Positions 1 through 8,976 of a DNA stretch of 64,000 bases are shown piece by piece. A program made the position numbers and the translations under genes. Below the pieces are notes generated by a model. That model was not told where the DNA came from, did no database searches, and saw nothing but the letters and a program-made list of their open reading frames with translations. Within the stretch, counting starts at the first letter, position 1, and each line of letters starts with the position of its first letter. Source of the stretch: Macrostomum lignano (lineage: Eukaryota); contig NIVC01001521.1 in assembly GCA_002269645.1 (NCBI GenBank), positions 210,702-274,701 on the forward strand, written 5' to 3'.

Positions 1-361
1 TGTACATGTCTCTGACGCGTAGAAAGCCAGGGCCGCTGTACACAACCGTGTGTGATCGTTTTGATGAGTTCGTGCCTAAATATTTTAGTGCTCCTGGTCA
101 GCTGAATGGACAGAGTTGACGTCAGAGAGCTGGTTGCGAGAAAATGTCGCCGAAGGTCCACATTATGGCCACATGCTAAAGCCCCTCATGGTTTTCAACG
201 TGTTTAATTCATTGTGTCTTCATTTTAATTAAACTACTCATATAATTAAGCATTTTAGCTTAATAGAAATCGGCCCAGCTATGATCATGCAAGTGCAAAG
301 AATTAGGAGGAACCTGTTAAGTATTGTATTCGTATAGTTATGATTGCAGTCTAGCGCATCG

Positions 362-850
362 CCACTCACCTGAGCAATCAGCAGGCTGCTCAAGCTGCAG
401 TTCAGCATCACCACTCACCTGAGCAATCAGCAGGCTGCTCAGGCTGCAGTTCAGAATCACCACTCACCTGAGCAATCAGCAGGCTGCTCAGGCTGCAGTT
501 CAGCATCACCACTCACCTGAGCAATCAGCAGGCTGCTCAAGCTGCAGTTCAGCATCACCACTCACCTGAGCAATCAGCAGGCTGCTCAGGCTGCAGTTCA
601 GAATCACCACTCACCTGAGCAATCAGCAGGCTGCTCAGGCTGCAGTTCAGCATCACCACTCACCTGAGCAATCAGCAGGCTGCTCAGGCTGCAGTTCAGC
701 GTCGCCACTCACCTGAGCAATCAGCAGGCTGCTCAGGCTGCAGTTCAGCATCACCACTCACCTGAGCAATCAGCAGGCTGCTCAAGCTGCAATTCAGCAT
801 CGCCACTCACCTGAGCAATCAGCAGGCTACTTAGGCTGCAGTTCAGCACC
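362..850. repeat. 49-bp tandem repeat, about 10 copies
   Basis: Unit ccactcacctgagcaatcagcaggctgctcaggctgcagttcagcatca recurs at 362, 411, 460 and onward. On the minus strand each unit contains CAG|GTGAGTGG. Confidence 0.95.
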
Positions 851-1014
851 GCCACAATGCTGAGCAGTCGGCGGAAGCTGGACCTCTTCGTGATGCCGCC
901 TTTGCAAGCAGCCGCCAAGATGAACGAGTTGAGCACGGAGCTCAGCGCACCGGCGGCCCCGTAGGCAGTCAAGAAAGGCACATTGAGATGCGTCAGCAGA
1001 GCGTAGGTCTTCGT
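811..1014 (-). CDS. Internal exon (204 nt, phase 0/0) of an unidentified, probably membrane-associated protein
   Basis: Minus-strand acceptor ctgattgcccgcag| at 1015/1014 and donor CAG|gtgagt at 811/810. The open frame reads TKTYALLTHLNVPFLTAYGAAGALSSVLNSFILAAA...LLSIVAVLNCSLSSLLIAQ with high GC3. Confidence 0.55.
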
Positions 1015-1424
1015 CTGCGGGCAATCAGCTGTGTGCGCTTCAGTTGAAGCTGCTGTCATTTTGCCAATGCAATGAAAAGAATGTTTGCCATAAATCAAAG
1101 CATGCGATCTGTCAATCCAGCTGTCAGAGGGACATTTTTAGCCTTTAAATCAAGCAGTTAATAGCAGTATCGTTGGCATCGGCTGCTGCGGGTCTGGGGG
1201 TGTGACATCCAGCTCCCCTTAGCAACCAGAACTTCTATTGAACCGGAAGTGCGGCTGTGCGTGCATCGCCCATTGTCCCGCACAGGAGAAGTGAGCAGCT
1301 GCTCCGAACTGGGGCAGACTGGATTGACCAGCTGAAAAAGAAGCTGATTTTGGGAACTCCACGAAGTTTACTCTGACAACGAATGGTAAAAAATGGCTGC
1401 TGGATGCCAAACTGTTTTCTGCAG

Positions 1425-1519
1425 CAACCAAGAGACAGGGACGCCAACCAAGAGACAGGGACGCCAACCAAGAGACAGGGACGCCAACCAAGAGACAGGG
1501 AGGCCCGCCAAGAGACAGG
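1425..1519. repeat. 20-bp tandem repeat, about 4.5 copies
   Basis: Unit caaccaagagacagggacgc. Confidence 0.9.
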
Positions 1520-1789
1520 TGCGCCTACTCAAGAATCCGAGGACTTAGTTTGAAACCACAGATTTCATAATATAATTTCAGTATGCAACACATCTTGAAG
1601 GTAGCAGATTATGGACAGACACACAGGACCGCAGGCGCAGGACAATAAAATCAAATGCAGTTGGTCTGGAAGGCGGCTGTCAGGATGTCAGACCCTCATT
1701 CGAGCCCATAGCAACCGCTCTGCTCACAACATGAGAAGCCTAACCCACATAAACTTGTGCACAGGTCACCAAAAGTAACCAATCGAGTA

Positions 1790-3015
1790 TTTCAAGAGTA
1801 CCAATTGGTAGTTTCAAGAGTGACCAATTGATAATATCAAGAGTGACCAATTGATAATATCAAGAGTGACCAATTGATAATATCAAGAGTGACCAATTGA
1901 TAATATTGTTGTGCAATCGTGCCCTTTCTCGCCCTCCTGCCCCGCCCCAACCCTCCAGTCTGCCCCACCCCTCCAATCAATAATCAATGCGTACGCCGAT
2001 CACGCCACCCCGCCCCACCTCCCCTGCTGTACCGTACATTTGTTCTTAAGTTATATTCATGTACGCGTAGGACCAATGAAAAATATATAGTCGCTGTCTG
2101 GAGGGCAGACTCCTCCCTTGCGCGCGTTGGTCCGCCTCCGTTGGCTATTAACGACTCGTCGATCTACCATAAAAAGTGCACGGCGAACTGCATCGGCTAC
2201 GGTGTGTAAGTTCGTGTTCGCGAGTTACTTTCCTTTTTCTGCTTCTCCCTAGGGCGCGGGACGGGAGCTCTGACTGGGGACCTGGGGGTCGCAGCTTCCC
2301 GACAGGTTAAAGCTGTAGGCGTTGCTCCGGAGGACGGGGCTCACAACAATATCAAGAGTGACCAATTGATAATATCAAGAGTGACCAATGGATGATTTCA
2401 AGAGTGACCAATTGATAATTTCAAGAGTGACCAATTGATAATTTCAAGAGTGACCAATTGATAATTTCAAGAGTGACCAATTGATAATTTCAAGAGTGAC
2501 CAATTGATAATTTCAAGAGTGACCAATTGATAATTTCAAGAGTGACCAATTGATAATTTCAAGAGTGACCAATTGATAATTTCAAGAGTGACCAATTGAT
2601 AATTTCAAGAGTGACCAATTGATAATTTCAAGAGTGACCAATTGATAATTTCAAGAGTGACCAATTGATAATTTCAAGAGTGACCAATTGATAATATCAA
2701 GAGTGACCAATTGATAATATCAAGAGTGACCAATTGATAATATCAAGAGTGACCAATTGATAATATCAAGAGTGACCAATTGATAATTTCATGAGTGACC
2801 AATTGATAATATCAAGAGTGACCAATTGATAATATCAAGAGTGACCAATTGATAATATCAAGAGTGACCAATTGATAATTTCATGAGTGACCAATTGATA
2901 ATTTCATGAGTGACCAATTGATCGTTTTAAGAGTGACCAATTGATAACTTTGAGAGTGACTAATTGATAATTTTGAGAGTGACCAATTGATAATTTCAAG
3001 AGTGACCAATTTATA
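1790..3015. repeat. 23-bp satellite array interrupted by a solo LTR
   Basis: Unit caagagtgaccaattgataat(a/t)t at about 1790-1906 and 2349-3015. Confidence 0.95.
1907..2348. mobile_element. Solo LTR (Gypsy-type), 442 bp
   Basis: Ends TGTTGTG...CACAACA with a 4-bp target-site duplication ATAT (1903-1906 and 2349-2352). Inserted in a satellite unit. Confidence 0.85.
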
Positions 3016-3044
3016 ACTTTTTCCTTCGCCCTCCGCCATCACAG

Positions 3045-3247
3045 ACTGGGGCTTCGAGGACCAGAGAAGGCTGATGCGCACGCTGATGTTTCGGCACTCG
3101 CCCCGGATCCAGCGGTCTTCAAGGCACTCGATGGCCGCACTGAGCCACAGTGTGAGCAGCCAACTCAGATCCCATGGCCTCATCGGCATGGACCGCTACT
3201 TGCTGGACAATTTTGGCCGCTTCCTCAGTGACGAGTTTCTGCTCTGA
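3045..3247 (+). CDS. Probable terminal coding exon of an unidentified gene
   Basis: Pyrimidine tract and cag acceptor at 3044. GC3-rich frame (D)WGFEDQRRLMRTLMFRHSPRIQ...GLIGMDRYLLDNFGRFLSDEFLL ends in TGA at 3245-3247. The antisense shadow frame has an internal stop. Confidence 0.45.
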
Positions 3248-3282
3248 AAGAGAGGTTTGGATTGGCTGGGATTCTCTAGAGA

Positions 3283-3515
3283 GATTAGCTCTGTGCTGGG
3301 ACTTGAGCACTGTGATCTGTCACTCTGGACTGGGACCTGAGCACTGTGATCTGTCACTCTGGACTGGGACCCGAGCACTGTGATCTGTCACTCTGGGCTG
3401 GGACCTGAGCACTGTGATCTGTCACTCTGGACTGGGACCTGAGCACTGTGATCTGTCACTCTGTGCTGGGACCTGAGCACTGTGATCTGTCACTCTGGGC
3501 TGGGACCTGAACACT
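3283..3515. repeat. 34-bp tandem repeat, about 7 copies
   Basis: Unit gagcactgtgatctgtcactctggactgggacct. Confidence 0.93.
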
Positions 3516-4198
3516 GACGGGTGCCATCTTGACGGCATCAACGTGGAGGCGCTAGCAGCGCACCTGAGTCCTTTATCTCAATTCGCACTGGAAGGAGTGG
3601 CGGGTCGGCAGTGAGGGTGAGACAGAGAGAGAGGGACAGAGAGCCGAGCTGCTCGCCAACCAACTGGCTAGAGCTGCGAGTACAGGTGAGGGACTGAGCA
3701 GCATTTTATATATTTTGAAGATCTCAGACTGCACTGAGGCACAATGGGTCAGCTCAGCCTCATCAAGTACAGCTTGGGGTGGCCGCTGCAGTCACTACCT
3801 CTCCGTTGCCATGCTGGGTGCACAGAGGCGAAGGCGACGGACTCAGCGCTCATGCTCAGGAGAGAAGTTTCGGTTGCTACGGCTGGGGTGGTTGGCCTCG
3901 CCAGAGGCTGCAAAAGGGAGGGCAGCTGATAGATGAGGCGGTAAAATCTTTCTGGCAACTGGCTGCACAAACCTTTGAAACACCTGCCGCTCTGACAGCA
4001 TGGAGCATCAGTAAGATTCATCAAATTTCATGATTTGAAATTCGTTGCAAACATTAAAGCAGTGAAGCCACCCTCCACTCTTTCAGCCTCCCTGTGCCTC
4101 CCCTTTCTTCAAGTTAATTTAATTCAAAACGCAACTCACCCATCAACAGGGAAATATTTACCTTCTAGTGGAAATCACTCACCAGCGTGCTAAGTAGA

Positions 4199-5520
4199 AT
4201 GAGCCAACAAATTACTGCTGACAAGGCTGCCAAAAAAGGAGATGTCGAGGTACTCAGAGGTTATCTGACTTTTCAACAAACAGAAAACGACATATATAAC
4301 TTCTGCAAAAGCTATTCAGTATTTGCTGCAAGCGAGGGGCAGTTAGAAGCCCTCGAGTTTCTTGCGCTTAGTGTCGTTGATAAACAAAAAAGAGATGACT
4401 GCTGCATCGAGGCTGCAAGATTTGCTACAGTTAAAGGTCAGTGGGAAGCCTTCGAGTTTCTGGTGCACACAGTCGCTGACCAGACAAACGGAGATCAGGG
4501 CTGCATCGATGCTGCCGAATTTGCAGCATCCAATCGTGTTTGGGAAGTCGTCAAGTTTCTCGTGTCGACAGTCGCTGACCATACAAAAAGAGATGACTTC
4601 TCCGTCAAGTCTGCGAAGTATACTGGAAATATTGGTCAGTTAGAAGTCGTAAATTTTCTCTTCGACACAGTCCATGACCAAACAAAAAGATATTACTTCT
4701 GCATCAAGGCTGCCAAATCTGCTGCAAGCAATCGTGAATGGGAAGTCGTCGAGTTTCTCGTCGACAAAGTCACTAGCCAAACAAAAAGAGATCACTGCTG
4801 CATCGAGGCTGCTAGATCTGCTGCAAGCAATGGTCAGATACAAGTCGTAAAGTTTCTTGTTAACAAAGTGGCTGATGAAACAGAAAGAGATCATTGCTGC
4901 ATCGAGGCTGCTAGATCTGCTGCAAGCAATGGTCAGATACAAGTCGTAAAGTTTCTTGTTAACAAAGTGGCTGATGAAACAGAAAGAGATCATTGCTGCA
5001 TCGAGGCTGCTAAATCTGATGCGAAAAATGGTGAGTCGGAAGTCGTCCAGTTTCTCATTCAAACAGTCGCTGACCAAACAAAAAGAGATCACTGCTGCAT
5101 CGAGGCTGCTAAATCTGCTGCGAGCAATGGTCAGAAAGTAGTCGTCCAGTTTCTTGTCGACAAAGTCACTGACCAAACAAAAAGGGATCAGAATTGCATC
5201 AAGGCAGCTGAAACTGCTGCACTTTACCGTCAGTGGGAAATCTTCGAGTTTCTTGTCCAGAGAGTCGCTGACCAAACAAAGATCAGTGTTGCATCGCTGC
5301 AGCTGAAACTGCTGCATGCAACTGTCAGTGGAAAGTTTTCAAGTTTCTTGTCCAAACAGTCGCTGACCAAACAAAAAGAGATCCGTGCTGCATCAAGGTT
5401 GTCAAATCTGCTTTGAGCAATCGTGAGTGGGAAGTCGTCCAGTTTCTCGTACTGACAGTCGCTGACCAAACAAAAGGAGATCAGTGCTGCATAAAGGCTG
5501 CTGAATCTGCTGGATCCTAG
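4199..5520 (+). CDS. Intronless ankyrin-like 33-aa repeat protein (about 12.5 repeats), frameshifted near 5280
   Basis: ATG at 4199. Repeats such as DHCCIEAARSAASNGQIQVVKFLVNKVADETER have ankyrin length and the AA-x-NG-x-EVV-x-L pattern. A 4-nt loss at acaaa-gatcag (about 5280) shifts the frame, and repeats continue in the new frame to TAG at 5518-5520. Confidence 0.8.
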
Positions 5521-6287
5521 TGGAGCAGGGTGAGGTACACAAAGTTCGCGAATTGTTCAGTAAAGTATTTAAACGAAACAACAGAAACAGAGACTAATAT
5601 TGGTACAAGCGTAAATAAAGATCTTACATGCATTGCAGAAGTCCAAAGGCCCGACAGGCAGCAGCCGCTCGAAAGTGAGTTTGATGGTTGAAATTGGGTT
5701 TGACTGAGTGCTGCAGCAGCCGCACTCTCAGCTCTCTTGCTTGTTCTGTCCATCCAAATCTGAGTGTTGTGTATGAACTTTAACTCCATGGTCTATGGCG
5801 AATCTTTCTTTATGTTTAACTATAGCAGCCAGCTACTTCGCTGCTATAAAAATACACGATGCCTCTTCTATCTTTTCCGTCTCGACATATTAGTTTTCGT
5901 TACTACAAAGTACAAATGGTGACAAGGAACATTTAATTCTTCGCTGGACGATGCTGCAGTCACCAAATCTTCATTCCGATGTTTTCCGGGCCCGATTTCT
6001 GACTGTGGGAGATGCCGATGTGCTACCTCGATGTCGAACAGTATTTCAAGCGCCTCAGGTTTTACTAGCGCAACGGAATAGACTGACCAGAGCAAAGCCG
6101 TTCTACACCATTTTACCTCCTATTTTGAAAAAAAGTCTTATTCAAAAGAAACAAGCTTCTTCAAACACTTTAAGAAATATCAGAGCTTGCAGAAATTCAT
6201 TTCAAACAAAGTCCGTTTCTATTGACACAGAAGAACTTTAATTTAAACTGTCTGTGGCCAAAATTGTCCCCGAGTGACGCGCATGCT

Positions 6288-8030
6288 TCAGCCAAGGCTT
6301 AGGCTTAACTTAGGCTTCGGGGCTTTGTTCTCGACCAAGTTGAGCACGTAGCTTATAGCTTGGTTGGTGCACTGCGCGTCGACAAACTGTTGCCGCGTCA
6401 TCGGCAACCTCAGAAAATAAGTGAGCACGGCGCGGCATGGCTGAGGGTTCATGACTCCCGCAGTCTCCGCTTCTTTGGGTCGCAGTTGATCACGCGACTC
6501 CGTCATGTCGGCGTCAGGATTAGGTCGCTCCGAGGGACTTTGTCTCACGACGTCGGCGTACGATCGCTGATCTCGTTTCGAAGTTCTCATCATCGCTCTC
6601 TTGACAGGAATTTCTGCAGCTGGAGCAGTGCACTTGCCTCCACTGCACAGCCCAGGCGACTCTTGGCTGTAGGGCGAGACGCAACACGTGAAGCACGCCT
6701 CCTCACAGGCAGCCGTAGCTGTCGGCTCGATCATCATCGTCATTGGGTGAGTCTTTTCCAGCACCGGGCGGTGTTGCAACGGGGGACTCGACTTTCCGCA
6801 CAGGCGATGAGCAGCTGTCTATCGGCTCGGGGGACAGAGCGTTGACCTTGCAGCCGTCGCGAGAGTCTGGCCTCTGTCAACACGGCGAGAACTCTCAGCG
6901 CAAAACTCCGGGGGTTGAACTTACATTGCTGCTCTGGATCTGCGTTGTGGGCCGTCATCAGGAGGGCTGCTTGTTCAGTGGCCTCTGAGTCGTGGTCCAT
7001 GGACGTCTCCAGGTTCCGAGATCCGCAGTCTTGGACATCATCACGGAGGTCTACGTCAGCAGTGGCCTCCGAGGTCTTGTCTGGGCGAATCTCCAAGTAA
7101 CGGCAACCGGCGTGGGCATCTCTGCGGAGGGCTGAGGTATCAGTGGCCTCCGGGTTGCTGTCCAAACCGGTCTCCAGGCGTTGACTGCAGCAATGGTCGT
7201 CGTGCTGAAGGGCTGCTGGCGCAGTGGCCTCCAGGTCTTTGGCCAGGGCAGTTTCGGCCTCCTTGTTGCGAGTGTGAACCTTCTTCGTGCTGGCTGCTCT
7301 CGCAGTGGCCTCACGTGTGGTGTCCAAGTCCGGCTCCAGGCTGGTGTCATCACCGTGTCGGGCTGCAGAACCGGGGTGCTCCAGCAGTCGGCCATGTCTG
7401 AAGTCAACCGGTGGTGTCTCCGGGCGTCTTGACAGGGCGTCAGCGTTGGCGTGGTGATTGCCTTTGCGATGGTGAAGCTGGAAGCGGAACTCGCTCAGTC
7501 GCTCAATCCAACGGCCCAAGATGCCTGTGACCTGCGTCTGGTTCAGCAACCACAGCAAGGCCCAATGGTCGGAACGAACTTCAAACTTCTTGCCGATTAA
7601 ATAATGACGGAAATGTCGCTAGCGTCCACGATTGCAAGCAGCTCTTTCTTCGTAACCGTGTAGCGCTTCTCAGGATCACGAAGTTTCCGGCTAAAGAATG
7701 CAATTGGGCGCTCGACGCCGTCGGATTGCCGTTGTCCAAGACAAGCGCTTATGCGAATGTCTGAGGCATCAGTGTCTAGGACAAACTTCACATCAGGATC
7801 TGAGTTAAACTCGGGCAGAGCGAGAACTTCAGTCGAACACAACTTCTTCTTCAACGTGTCGAACGCTACCTGGTGCTAATCAGTCCAATGCTGCCACAGG
7901 CTGCCGATGTCCTTTCGAGTCAGGGCATGCAACGGCGCAGCAACTCCAGCATAGCCGTTGACAAACTTGTGGTAGTAATTGGCGAGGCCTAGGAATTGTC
8001 TCAGTTGAGTAACGGACTGTGGCACAGGCT
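6288..8030 (-). pseudogene. Gypsy pol remnant (RT C-terminus, RNase H, long linker)
   Basis: ORF pieces 7597..7854, 6740..7558 and 6288..6779 carry RNase H motifs. In-frame stop at HWTD*HQ and frameshifts. Confidence 0.8.
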
Positions 8031-8647
8031 CGAATAGCGGCCAACAGATTGTTTGGGCGGACCCAATAGAGCCGCTCGCGCAGATCTGGTGTCCTGATGC
8101 CAGCTAAGAACTGATCAGCCAGCTCTCGCTCTCGATATTCAGGGTGCATTCGAGGGTACGCTTGCTCTCCTAAGGTGCGCAGGGCATCAGCGTACTCTTC
8201 TGCTGACTCGTTCTTGCCTTGCTGACGGCGCCTCAGCAGCTCTCGATATTCATCAGCGCTACCATGGCGGGCAAATCTCTCGATCAATTGCTGCTTGACC
8301 TCCTCGTAGCCAGCATAGCGTGGGAAGTGCATACTCAGCAGAGCCGGATAAGAAGTTGCCAGATCCAGACTCGCAACGAGGTGCTGCTTCATCTCGATCG
8401 GATCTTCAATACGCTCCATCTCGCAGTGTTGCTCAAACGCGGCGAGCCAGACGTGGATGTCCTGGCTGGGCGTGTACTTTACAATCTTAACAGACTTGCT
8501 TACCGGCCGCTCCATCTGCTGCTGCGGAGCTGCCATCATCGTTCTCACATCCTGGGGCCTGATGTTCTGGCCGAGGTCGTCCAAACCTGGCAGAAGCTCG
8601 TCTGGCGGGTCTTCGGATGCCTCACCTCTCGAATTTCGCCGTGGCAT
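8030..8647 (-). pseudogene. Retrotransposon gag-like ORF, fused out of frame to an RT remnant
   Basis: ORF 7880..8647 reads KYTPSQDIHVWLAAFEQHC...RRQQGKNESAEEYADALRTL...QFLAGIR. Gag similarity ends at about 8030, where the RT frame EPVPQSVTQLRQFLG begins. Confidence 0.75.
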
Positions 8648-8959
8648 CTGCTGACCATCTGCTTGACTGCTGCTGCTGCTGCGGCAGCCGCTGCTGCAGG
8701 CCTTGAACTGCTGATATGCTCATGCGGACTCAACCGGCTGCTGCACCGGCTCTCTTCTCTCTCGTTAAACATTTCAAATTAGTAGAATAGCCGAATTCTT
8801 ACTCGAAAGAGCGATTGGCTTGGGTGTTTCGAAGTCGGATCCTTGACTTGTCGCTCGAATCCCTGACTTGTCGGATCCCACCGCCGAGTCACCAGTGAAG
8901 TGGTTGCTTGTACTTTCCTCGATAGCGTCTAGAGGTGGCCTGGCAGGTCTTTGTGCAGG

Positions 8960-8976
8960 TCCCACCGCTGCCACCA
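8960..8976 (-). promoter_or_regulatory. Primer-binding site complementary to the tRNA-Leu 3' end
   Basis: Minus strand TGGTGGCAGCGGTGGGA is the complement of eukaryotic tRNA-Leu ...TCCCACCGCTGCCA+CCA. Confidence 0.85.

Noticed and set aside
859-964. Plus-strand GC3-rich frame MLSSRRKLDLFVMPP...APAAP*
   Set aside because: It shares third positions with the minus-strand exon (a shadow frame). The GC3 bias continues past its stop, and splice sites favour the minus strand.
3510-4030. GC-rich coding-like fragments (CHLDGINVEALAAHL..., GQLSLIKYSLGWPL...)
   Set aside because: No consistent frame or recognisable domain. They may be pseudo-exons but cannot be supported.
4640-5317. 225-aa minus-strand ORF
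   Set aside because: Antisense shadow of the ankyrin-like repeats.
8219-8782. 187-aa plus-strand ORF
   Set aside because: Antisense to gag with no independent domain signal.
8960-8976. tRNA-Leu-like sequence here and at 58302-58319
   Set aside because: Only 17-18 nt including the CCA complement, located next to LTR ends. These are PBSs, not tRNA genes.
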